Shown: positions 1 through 12,200 of the stretch, in pieces
Layout of the letters: each line of letters starts with the position of its first letter
Position numbering within the stretch: the stretch's first letter is position 1
Source: Zygnema circumcarinatum SAG 698-1b
Taxonomy: Eukaryota > Plantae > Zygnematophyceae
NCBI GenBank assembly: GCA_037447605.1
Contig: CM074804.1
Coordinates: forward strand, 4,875,909 to 4,939,908
Reading direction: 5' to 3'
Length of the DNA stretch: 64,000 bases
Notes under the pieces: generated by a model
Databases searched by the model: none
Seen by the model: only the letters and a program-made list of their open reading frames with translations
Told to the model about the DNA's origin: nothing
Made by a program: the position numbers and the translations under genes

Positions 1-2
1 TT

Positions 3-3000
3 CATGTGGTGGAGGTCGTAAGGGAAAACATCTTGATTGAACTGGAGACGGATCGACGCAAGCTTGAGGTGGCGCAAGAGTGGAACGAGATGAGTGTGGC
101 AGACCAAAATCTTCAGAATGACATCGAGACAACAGAATCGAAGTGGACTCAGGAGGAGAAGCAGGTTCAGCCGGACTTGAGAGATGTCGGACAAGAGGCA
201 TCCGGACAGCAAGATCAGGTTAAAGTGGTAGAGAAGTTAGGTGATAAAATTCTTGAGCAAGGGAATATAGGTAGAACACAAGATGAGGAGTTTACCAGGA
301 TAAGGCTTGTAGAGACAGCTGGCAAGGAGTCAGTGGATGAACCAACAAGTCGAGAAGCTATCAAGTTATTGACGGAGGTCGGAAGAGAGGAAGAAGCTGT
401 TGAGGAAAAGCATCAGCTGGAGTTAAGGACTTCGGAAGCTAACCATTCAATTGAAGAAGCACAGTTTGTAAAAAAATTGACGGATATTGCAGTTGGGAAA
501 AGAGAGAGCGAGCTTGCAGTGGAGGGGACTGAACCTCAGCAACAACAATCTCCGTTAGTTGAAAACACAGAAGCCACCAATGGTCTAAGTCACCCTGAGT
601 TGAAGGAAGAGGAACAAGAACTCAAGATAGACGAGAGAACACCTGAGGCTGGTATACAAGAAAATCAGGTGCAGCAGCAGAAAGGTCTTGAGTGGGACGT
701 CAGTCGTAATGCTGAAGTCATTGGGCTGCAAGCCGGCGAGGTTGAAAGCAGGGAGGTACAAGCAATATATACCGTTCAAAAAGGCAATGTTGACGTTGAG
801 GGAAAAGCGCAGGACTCTGATTTGCAGGAGACAAAAGTAGAAAGTGTGAAAGACAGTGATGACAACCTCGCAGTTGGAGACAAGATAGCTGATGAAAATA
901 TCACCCTGGTAGCACTTGGCGACATGACGACGTTTCATGAAGTGCAAGAAAGAAGACCAAAGAATCAGGACCAGGAATTGGTAACGGACCGCACTGATTT
1001 GCCGGGAGGAAGTCGGCAGATGAATGAGGACGCTACATCGTTAGAAGGTTTTCAAAGAATTGCAAAGGTGGGTGAGACTGCGAGTGAGAGGGAGATCATC
1101 GTGTTTGTGGAGACTGAGGAAGGGGAGACTGAGAGGGCAATCAACATAGCGAACGAGCCGCAGAACCATCCAGCAATCAAAGGGTCTGCACTGGGATATG
1201 ACGATGGGGTGGAGAATGCTGCCCTCGCATATGATAGGACGGTGGCAGAGTTTGAGGAGGGCGCAATGGTAAGCGAAAGAGGAGAGGCAGGTGACATCAT
1301 GTCAATGGAAACCGGAGTTGGAATGGCGGGTCGGACAAGAGAGCAAAGTAGTGGTTTGCTAGACGGTGTGGATGGCCATGGAAAGGTCAAACTGGCTAAT
1401 TGTGACAGGAAGGAAGATGCTACTGTCGATATAGAGGCAGTGCAGGCGACAGTTCACATGGAGGGTAGCAGTGAGAAAGGAGTCGCAACTAGGGTTCCGG
1501 AGAGGGAGGCTGAAAAGAGTAATGATGTGGCAGAAGATGACGTGCAGGCTGTAGTCGAGGAGGTCATCAAGATTTTGCAATCGGATGCTGCTGCTGAAGG
1601 CTACAACGGGCTTCCTAACTGTGTATTGGATGGCAACCAAGACATGCAAACAGATGTCAAGGAATCAAATACGACTCTCGAAAAAAATGCCGACTCCAAA
1701 TCGGCCGTACAACATGGGATTCCGGAACAGATTGGACCGACTTCTGAATCGTCCAAAGCCATTGTTGGAGTAGACAGCCTGAACGACTGGCAAGGAGGAA
1801 GCATTTCAGAACTTAACATGCATTCCATATCAGGTGAAAATCCCAGTGTTTGTAAGCACATGTATGATGCACTTAGTTAAAACGACAAGATTCATGCAAC
1901 TCTGGTTCAGCCATGATGTGCTTTTGTTGCCAACTTCATGCCCTTGTCAATGCCAACCTACGCAAAGTACGCGTGTTTAATTCTTCCACTGACATCATGC
2001 AGTGATGTGTTGCTGTGCCCTTTTTTGCCCCCCCACCTTTTTTTTTTTTTTTTGCAGATTCTAAGCCTCAGGACCCAGTTACGAACGTCCTAGATCTCGC
2101 CCATAAAGAACATGTCTCCCATGTTTCAGCCGCGATTGATTTAAGCGTGGAGTGCCTTGCAGCCATTTTCTCCAGACTGAATACTGCTCAAGAATGTTTG
2201 AACTTTGCACTTGTTTGCAAGGCGTGGCATGACATTGCGTTTCAATCAAGAACCACTCTGAGATTGGAGCGAGGGAAGCGGACACCTTTAGCAGCCATTC
2301 AACAGTTGCTTCGTCGATGCCCTAATCTCACTCAGCTGGAATTCCCGGGAAAGTCCTTAGACAGTCCTGTATCCGATTCCTTTCTTGCAGCTATTGGATC
2401 ATCATGTCGTCGGCTTGTAACTCTGATCATAGGTCCTGATTCAGAACTTGGGCATACGTTTAGTCATTCGGGCCTGGACTGCATATTTCAGAGCTGTCAA
2501 GAGCTTGTAGAGCTCACATTGGAGGGATTGGCAGAACGTGCAACTGAAGACAGGGCACCCATTGCTATTCCAGAGAGTCTGGGATGTTTGACTGCCCTGC
2601 AGAAACTGACACTGGCTGGCAAACATTCAAAAAGGTCTTCAGGCAGACAAGGTGGCAGAACTCTGCAATTGCCTGAAAGTTTGGGCAAGCTTCAACAATT
2701 ACAAGTATTGGCCCTCACCTTTAGCTCCCCTCCTGCACTTCCCAGCTCCATTTGGAGTTTGACCAACTTGAAGGTCCTCAGATTACATGGGTGGCAAGGA
2801 ATCCTTTTTCTTCCTGACTGCCTGGATGACCTAAAATCTCTCGAGGTGCTGGACCTTAAGTGTTCGGACCTAGTGGACCTCCCGAGTTCAGCTGCAACCA
2901 TCTCAACTCTAAGAGAATTGATTTGGGAAACAGCTTCAAGTTCAGAACTCGTGGGAGAAGACACCTCTGTTCCTCCATCTTTGGGTCTTTTCACACAGCT

Positions 3001-4096
3001 AGCGAGCCTTCAGTTGAGAAATGTCGTTCATCTCCCCCACGTGCTTCCCAATCTTCCCAATCTGACCAGTCTCGAGGTTTGGGGAGCCGTGAGCAGCTTC
3101 GAGATGGTACCTTCTTCATTATGCTCATTTGAAAATCTGAAGCGTTTGCGACTCCGAGGAAACTTCCAGAAACTCCCGCAGAGTCTTGGACAGCTGACAT
3201 CCTTAGAGCACCTGATACTGACCAGCTCTGCATTAGATTCTATTCCCTATTCTATTGCTGGATTGTGGCAGCTCAAAGAGCTTCGATTAGATGGTTGTGG
3301 AATCAATCCCCGGCTTCCAGACACTCTTTGGGACCTTCCAAACCTTCAGATATTGTCCATACCCTGTGAATTTCTTTCCGAAAAGGTTGGCAAGTTAGTA
3401 TCCCTCACACATCTTAATGTTGAATGTGAGACCGAGCGATCTCTACCGTTCAATGGGTTACCTTCGAACATCGGTCACTTATCGGAGTTACGAGAGTTGC
3501 GAGCACTCTGCCCCTACATGAAGTCCCTTCCAAGAACATTTGTTGCCCTCACTTCTCTTCAGTCGCTGCAACTGGTTTGGGATGGTGCTCTTCCTGCCGC
3601 TTTTGGGCAGCTGCTTGGTCTGAAGAAATTAGTACTGGACAGTGAAAGGATGAGCTGGTTACCTGACTCATTTGGGCAGCTCACCGCACTTCACACTCTC
3701 ATTCTAGTCTGCAGGAAATTAAATTCTCTGCCTGAAACGTTTGCTGATCTCCAAAGCCTACGCATTCTTTCCATCCGAGGCTGCGACTACCTTTGTACAC
3801 TACCTGACAACTTTTGCGACCTTGTGGGATTGGAGACATTAGAATCAGACTGTCCGAATTTGCTCCGCTTGCCTGCAGCATTTGGCCGCATGACTTCGCT
3901 TCAAAGGCTGGAGATTTGGAGTAAGAGGCTTTCTAGACTACCGGAAAGTTTTGGATATATCTGGCGACTTAACAAAGTAGAGTTGAGGTGCCCTAGGCTA
4001 TGGGAGCTGCCAGCGTCTGTAAAGCTGCTGCCCATGTCTGTTCAAGAAACCTTGGCAAAGGCTGTGGAGGAAGCAAAGGTGCGTTTTCTTACTTGA
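3..4096 (+). CDS. F-box/leucine-rich-repeat protein with a long Glu-rich N-terminal region (5' end outside window); exons <3..1851 (or ..1833) and 2058..4096
   Basis: Frame is open from the window edge. Donors at 1834 (GTGAAA) and 1852 (GTAAGC) are both phase 1 and match the polypyrimidine/CAG acceptor ending at 2057, joining the 624-aa and 693-aa ORFs in frame. F-box-like motif IDLSVECLAAIFSRL...FALVCKAWHDI is followed by many LPxSFGxLxxLxxLxL repeats. A possible extra donor (AAG|GTGCGT near 4079) makes the C-terminus uncertain. Confidence 0.8.
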
Positions 4097-6211
4097 CTTT
4101 GGATTTCTCAGTAATTGCATGTGTTTGAGTTCGTCATCCTCAGTTTGTCTCTCAGATGGATTTTGCGTCTGTTGTTTAAAACGCCAAGTATAGGACATGT
4201 CATCTCGTGAATCTGCTGTGCTTTCCTGCATATTTTGACCCGTGATGAGCAAAAGAGTCATTTGCTGTTTGACTGCCATATTTTGCAGAGTCTGCTGATG
4301 ACTGCAGGCAGGTGAATTGCATGGTCATATCGTTGTATAGTTTGGTCTTTGTGTGTGGCGCGTCTTTGAGTTCATAGCAGAGGCACGATTTGCAATTCTG
4401 CATGCCAATAATTATATGTTGATCATCCTGTGATGTAAATGTTGACTGGGTGAAGACTCACTTCAACTTGCTGCTACTGGAAAGATGGTCGATGGAAAGT
4501 AGGTTCAGTTTTGCATCTTTGGATCACCGTAAGCACCTTGTGATGCGTGGCATGCTGTGGAGTTGCTGTGGCTTGATGTGCTTTCTCGTGTAGTTCTCCT
4601 TTGTCGATACATACTCTGAGTTGCAGATCGAAGCGGTTGGATGTCTCAAGGGTCATACCTGAACTACTTAGTATTGGTGGAGGGAATAGTTTTTTACTGT
4701 TATGTTGACTTGCCGCAATCCTTATATGTTGGCGCAGGCAGGATCAGAAAATCTGTCTGATGTTCGAAGTGTAAACCTTGACGTTTCGAAAGAGGCTCTG
4801 ACGCCATTAGTGGGCCGAGCAATTTCTTTGGAGCACACGCCAACCGCGCTGTTCTCACCTGCCTTGCGGCGAACCCTATCTCTGACCGTGCCTGGATGGG
4901 GTCGGACATGAGGAAGCGCTTTCAAGAGGGCGATCACATGTATTGGATATTCATATCTGAGGGTTATCAACTTACCATGGTTCATACATAAATTTTATGC
5001 TTATGTTTATTTTAAATGTTAAGACCAAAGCTTATACAGTACAGTTGCATAGAACGCGGTCGTCAGACTTTACCTCAATTACTCTTGTATAGCTTGGTTA
5101 ACTGGCTATGACTTTTACTTATTGACATGTCCAAGGATTCAGTTTACCGCTAGAGCTGTAGCGGGGTAATCAGGAGTTAAAAATTCAGGGCTTTATTGGC
5201 GATAGTTGTAGACACGTTAGTTCATTTATTGTTTTTAATTTACTTTATGTTCACAGCCTGACATTTAGCTCTCAAAGGACGGATATTTCAAACATGTGTA
5301 GAGGGGCTGTGTGCTGACAAAGCGGCCAGCCTTTCAGCCTTTCAGCCTTTGGACTTGCCATCTCCAGAGATTTTTGTTTTGGTAATTAAATAATGTTCCC
5401 ATGACCTATGTAAGACTTCGTAGGAGGCCGATGTTCACTTAGTCGCGTAAGCCGTTCAAGCCTATGCAAACGTTGCTTACGATTTGCGCTTAAGGAACGT
5501 ACGTCTGAGAAGGGCAAGAAATTCGAAGCAGAAGATGCCCCCTGACTGATAAAAAGTCTAGACCACGGGGTGAAAAAGGACCTGCTCTTCTGTGTTTATC
5601 ATCGAGAATGTATTGACCTTGTTGCTCCTTAAGTGTCGGAACAGTAAACAAAGTAGAATAACTACCGTTGTTAAGCTTAAAAAGTTCTTCGAAAGTTGTA
5701 GTTGTATCTTTCTTCTTTACTTTTTAAGCGAGAAACTTGCAGTAACGACTCTGATGTTCAGAAGTCATTCACATTCGTGGGCTCGAACCACGGACCTCAA
5801 GGTTGTCATCCTTACGCTCTGGCCACCCTGTTAGTCATCTGCAGTATTCAGTACGCAGCCATCAAAATGGCCACTGTCCACTCGAAGTGTGATTCCATGT
5901 AAATTTCAAATGTGGATCCCCATTTTGAAGGGATACTAACTACACACATCTTTCCGGCACGAAACTGCACAGATGCGATGCGCCACATAAAATAGGCCTC
6001 GCAATCGAAGCCACTTGACATCTCTTACATGGACTCTCTATGTACATCAATGGATGTGTCGTTGTTTGTTCAAGGGCGCTGAAAAAAACTAGAACCATGC
6101 CGTTTGCTTTAAAAACTTGTATCGTTACACCAATGCTCTCTCAAATCTATGAGACATGAAGCATAAGCACAGATGATGCCATTTTCACCTCCATGGCGGG
6201 CCCGAAAGGAG

Positions 6212-9200
6212 TCAGGGTGACGCGGGCTCATAGCGGCATACGCAGTCGTAGATAACTCCTCCACAAAGCCTTTCTGCAAGCCGCTGGTTCTTGATCATTG
6301 CCAACTGCCAAATTCCCAAACCAGACGAACATCCCCCAACAGGTCCACGAACGCAGGTCAGGATAATAAAAGATCTTGCAAGTTGTACTCACTGTGCGCA
6401 CGAGGGAAAAAGAGTCTGCCACAGTGAAGCCAGAGTCAGAGAGAGAGGGAGAGAGATTGGACATAAATACCACAGATTCTTCTGGTTGACATAGACACTA
6501 AGGTTATTACTGCTAAAAGCATACTGCATACAAAATGAGAATCTAAACCTTCGGACCCAAACCTTTTTGTTCGTGAAGCTTTCAAAGAGATTCGTCCACT
6601 CGACCTCTCTCCTAGGAATGGAAATACATGTTCAGCAAAGAAGCAAATCCACACATGCGCAGACATAAAATGCTTCTCAAATATGTTTCTGCGGGCAAAC
6701 TCAGTATGGCACTTACCTTTAATGATTCACATTTGAACCGTGCAGTGAAGTTGGTGTGCAAACTCCGTCCCATACCCTCCAGCACCACCTGCATACCGCA
6801 GTTTCAGCATAGCAGTCCAACGTTCATACGCAGTGTTTAAACATCATGCTTCCAGAGCTCTCCACAACGTAAAAGAATGTTTCCACAAATCCACCGACAA
6901 TCAACAAATGCAACCGGTAGATCTCTAAAAAAGCTGAAAAAGTCACTGGCGAAGTCGAGTGATGCAGCTCTTTACCAGATCAGCTTCCCGACTGGCCTGT
7001 GCAAGCTCAGCACTGACTTGGCGGAAGTCAATGCAAGGACTGCCGGACCCACTTTCAACCACCATGAGCTTGGCTGATTGGGGGCTGCCATTTGACAGAG
7101 AGTTATTGACCTCTCCCTCGGCTGCTACAGCATCCACAATTACTCCGCCAGCCTCTGCTGCTCGTCGCAAAATATCACAGCACTGCAGGCAGATAACTCA
7201 TGGCAGGTCATCAAGAATGGTCCGAGATAGCAAGCAGGCTGAAGAGCACAGACAGTGACGCATAGATCAGTTAAGATGAAAGCTGAGAGAGAAAGCTCAA
7301 GACCAAGCATTTTGCAATGGGGCTCACTTTGGATGCAGCCGCGATGATTTCTGGCAGTTCTGCCGCTGTTACATCATTTATGGCTGGCAGAGAATTGGCC
7401 ACCAATACCACCTGCACATCACCTCAGCCATCGTCGACTTCGTAAAGGAGGCCGGTTCTAGAACTAATCTGGCATTCAATAATAATCTGAATTCAAAACG
7501 CAAGCAATGAGTATGTGTGTATATATATATATATATATGAATATTCATTCACTGTCCGCAAGTACAAAGTTTCTGTGTCTCACCTCTGTCCCACGCCGTA
7601 GCAACTCTCTGGCGAGTGGCAGCATTCCCAACACGATGTCGGCCCCTGCATTATCCACGAACAGAAGGGCTCGCTTGTGGGGTAGAGGGGGGGGCTTTCC
7701 TTCCTTGCCAAGAATCCGCTCTTCGAACTGATCAAAGTCGTCTATCTGCTATGCACGTCAAAATGCAACATCCCTGTCACTATGCAACCGGAGGGCTTAC
7801 ATGAACTGGAGAGGTAGAGAACAAAGAAAAAACGGAAACCCAAATAGCAAGCGAGAAGTAAAACACCCGATGAAAAATGACTAACACAGGAAAGGCTTTA
7901 ACTCCACAATCTGCATAGAGCACAGTCCATGACCAACAAAGGCTGAACCCAAAAAGAAACGACCATAGAAAACCTGCCGACTTATGATTCCTGCCTCATT
8001 TCCCGGCTGCTCTCGCACTTTCCTTTCACGATCACAAAGAAACAGCTTACCCGCCATGGCCGCTGCATTTTCTTTCTGCTCATGCGATAAATTTCCAAAA
8101 TTGTCCCTCTCTGATAAAGCTCAACGCAGGCTCGCGATCCCCAGTCGAATATGTTTGCCGCCAAGACGCCTTCGACAAGTGCCAAAAGTCGCCTCTCCTG
8201 AGAAGCAGCAGCAGTGCTTCCCCTGCAGTTAAAATCAAAAGCAGCTTTCTGCCTTCACACACCTTCCGATCATCTATCTCAACCAACAGTCTCCATCATT
8301 GGCACTCATCATGGCCATTGCAGCAGTAGAAAACTCCTTAGTATTTCTACATCCCCACATTTCTGTTCCGTGCTTGCTTCTCCTGTATATGCTGCTCTTT
8401 GATCAGGCCCCGTGTAACAGCCTTCAAGGAAAGAGTTCAGCTTCAAGGAACTAGTTAATGTTCAGGTGAGTCAAATTGTTCTAAAAATTCTATTGTTATT
8501 GTTATTCTATTGTTTTAATTCTAAATTCTAATTGTTCTAAATTTATCTAAAGCAAAGGGACATACAGCGGTCATGGAATCGAGCTCCGATAGAAGGTCTG
8601 GCAGCACCGCCAAGGAAGCCTCGTTCTCTCTGTCACCAACCCACGAGCTAAAAATATAATTAAACGTATACTAATCTGTGATCGACCGGAACAGATAAAC
8701 TGTAATTAATGTCTCTGAACTGGCCAACAAGTTCTCTTTGTGGCCTACCTTCCTTTATGCATACCTAATATTGACCTTGAAGAACCAACAAGCATACCTT
8801 GGGACCACCATTATAATAAGCTGAGGATCAGTTAGCAAGTCCTCAGCTTTTGCTACATAAACTTCAGCAAAGTAAAGCTGATCAGGCTTACCTTAGCTTC
8901 ACAGCTCGATACGGATCACTGAAATGAAACTCGCGCAAGCATTCTTCCCGTAGTTCAAGCAGATTTGCAAGGCCGAGCTTCCCATATGCAGCAGGCTCCT
9001 CATGCAGCCTGCGAATCCAGTACTCCAATGTGAGCATAAAACTCCTAATACTGAAAACACCCCAAGGAATAGTAATTTTGAAAAAAAGCAAACGCTAGGT
9101 TGTCACTAACCGCAATACATTCCCGCGTCCTTCGCTTCCAAAAGAAACAGGATTGCCTTACACTGAAGGAGGCAGATAGTTTCACTACCTGCCAAGATGT

Positions 9201-12200
9201 GCTCGGAAAGCTCGTGCAAATGCATCTCCTCTCCTTTTAGAATCCTCCGTCGCTCCCTCACTCGCCACAGCCTGATGATGATGCAAACAAGTCACTGCCC
9301 CGTGAGATAGAGCCCATCTGCATTCACTGCAAATGAGAAGTATGTGCAAAGTTCTGACCGTTCCTTTCAGCTTCACTACGGGAGACACAGCGCAGGGGCT
9401 TCATTCGTAGTAGGGTGGTAAACCGAGAGCCGAAATGCCGTCCGTTCAGCCTCACGAGTGACACGTGGCATCAAGTTTCCGTGGGTTATCACACTCACCA
9501 TTTCCACTAAGCTCGGTGTATGTGCTTCCAGAATGGAGAACCAATACCTATACAACCCAACACAATACAACCCGAATTAGGTTAGGTTTAACACGAATTC
9601 CTGGCCCTGAAACCACTCATAAAGTAACCATCAAATGAAGGTTCCATATAACAAATGACCATTTCAATAAGCCCGGCCGGGACTTCAGCCGATTGCAATA
9701 ATATTTTTCAGATTCCACAACAGGACCAGAATTGAGCAAGTTCTCTTCACTACAAGCAGAGCTCTCGGAAACGAATCCAACTGTAGGCCATGTCTTAAAA
9801 CTTATCCGAGAAAGAACGTAATCTACCACACAATCACTTTCCTGCATCGTGTTTCTGATGGTTCGCTTGGAATAGGAGAGACATTCTTACTCTCGCTCCG
9901 CTATCTCCCCGAGGTCAATAGTATTGGGCTCATAACTGCATGATTCCCTTTCCCATTGTCTATGTCATACAGCAAGTGGCAGAGGAAAATGGAGGTCAAT
10001 AAAAGCACATCCAAGCATCCTGCTCGTATCGAGAAGTTGATGAATCACATGCTGTCTGTAGGCAGCGTAGGGAACAAAGGTAAAAAGACGGAGGACTGAG
10101 GATGACCTGGCTGGACAAGACTACAAATAGAAAGGTGCCTTAATTCAGAAGAGATTCAACAGAACACGTATAGGCTTAGGTGCACTTTTCATCCTTTAGC
10201 ATGTTGTCGAACCAACATTGCTTGACACGCAAAACTGCAGCCAATAAGAGCTAACACGCCAAGTGAGGATTGCATCAATGAAGTAAGGTTCCATGCTGCT
10301 TTTGTTTCATAAATCAGTTGAAGGTAAAGGCAAGGTACGGTTGTCCAGTAATAATCCTGAAGGGAAGTAAGTTAAAAAATGGCAATGGGAGTTGACTAAC
10401 TCTACGTCACAGGGTGTAGGTCTACTTGGAAGACTAACTGTTACTGTTACGCAGGGACACATGCAGAACAGAGATTCTAAATATGAGCTTACCCTTTAGA
10501 ATCCGCCAACAGGGGGAACATCTCTAGAGATGGAATGAAATGCAAGACACCAATGCTAAGGGCCGCATTATCAGAGCGCAGCGATGCAGCGCCACGAGCA
10601 AGGGGCCGCTCAAAACCACCCAATCCAGTCGTCCGTACAGGTGTAGGAGCCGTTATTTCGCTTCCTACTTTGACAAATTTCTCCATCCAAGAGATCTGCA
10701 ATAGACCATGCTCACCAGAAATAGAAGAAAGAGTGGTGAAAGACAAGAGCAGTTAAGGAAAGTTGCCACAAAAGATAGGAGAGGTAAAATCAAGTTCAGA
10801 TGTATGTTCCACACCTCCCTTCTGCTGCAAAGGGCTCACAGGCTCACCAGCTGCGCAAAGGATTGCAATGTAACTTCCTTATCACAAACATTTCATGCGG
10901 GCGCTCAACCTTAACCTTAATTTCACTTTTACGTGCCAACCTTTTCATTGAGATCACGAATAGGTGGCCCTTGAATCTGCCCGCGAGCATATGGTGCACC
11001 CATGGGGAAACGCTCTACAAACTGCGACGGCATGAGATGGTCGAGCCCATGCTCGTCATAGCCCAGGAAGGCTCCAAGAACTCCCAGGAAGCCCTCATGG
11101 CGGAGAAACATGGCCTGCATCTCTCCCTTTGACCTGGAATGCAAGAAGGGGGACACGGCTTCCCGTTCACAGCCAAGATTACGAGTATCACTATGAGGAC
11201 CTATTTAGCATTCCAAACATTGGACTATTCAGTGTCAGCAAATAGGCATTCCATGTCTACTTATACAACAAGGCGAGCAAACAAAATAGAGCCTTGAAAT
11301 GGTCATGCGTGAAACGAGACTACACCACGTGCAAGGTTTTCCAAATTGGATCTCTTCAACTGGACAATAGTACGTGGACTTCGGACTTAGAGCGATGCCG
11401 ACATGCGTCCTTTAACCTTGTTTCGAAAACCGAACGTCAGACCTCACATGGACATAATCACAAAGAAACCTGCCTGCACATTGTTTCTAACGATGCGTAT
11501 GAGGAGAGGTAAACAACAGTGTCAAAACCAATCCGATGATGGATATTTACATATGGCTTTTGCAAATTCAAAGCCAATCAAGTGATTCATCTAATAGTTG
11601 GAGCGATTCCATGGTAGAGCTTGACCGTGAAAGGGCCAAGTGACGTACCAGAATTTGATTGCAAATGACATAGTATCCATAGTGTAAGCATGGCCGCGGA
11701 TAAAAAAACCTCCAAAGAAGATCCTCTTCAGCCCATATCTAAGGGCATTTAAATATGCAATCTACACACAATGATTCCCCATAACCCGCAACAGAGGTTC
11801 CTTCACAGTTCTGAAACAACGAAGGATTCAATTGGAATGAAATAAGGGAAGCGCAGCCTCAATTATGTGTGTCAAACATGTTGTTCATTGAGACAAAATC
11901 ACCAGAAATGGAATTTGAAAGGAAATGGGCCAAAGGAGTAAACCATGCAAAGCAAGCCGTCATCAAGTGAGACACTCAGGATATCCTTGATGCGAGCCAA
12001 AGCATAGGACACGGAAGTAAACCAACCTGTCCGATGTTATAGGATATCATGCGCAGCAAGGAAAGGGCTATATCTTGTGGCCGATACTCCTCAAGCTCTT
12101 TTGACTCCCCAACAACCTTCCCAAAACTGGACGCAATTGTGGAAGCTGACAGCCCAATCTGTTGCAAGAGCACGTGACACGGCAAAGATGGTAAGAGTTC

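Noticed and set aside
4400-4990. Short ORFs 3' of the F-box gene as a Helitron or other gene fragment
   Set aside because: No recognisable motif in any frame; could be UTR or minor downstream exons.
5144-5169. Imperfect hairpin TTACCGCTA...TAGCGGGGTAA as a Helitron 3' end
   Set aside because: No CTRR terminus at the expected distance and no matching 5' TC end identified.
7681-7700. Apparent frameshift at the G8 run in PANK2 exon 18
   Set aside because: Base-by-base counting gives GKPPPLPHKRALLFVDN in frame; the exon is missing from the ORF track only because it lacks a start codon.
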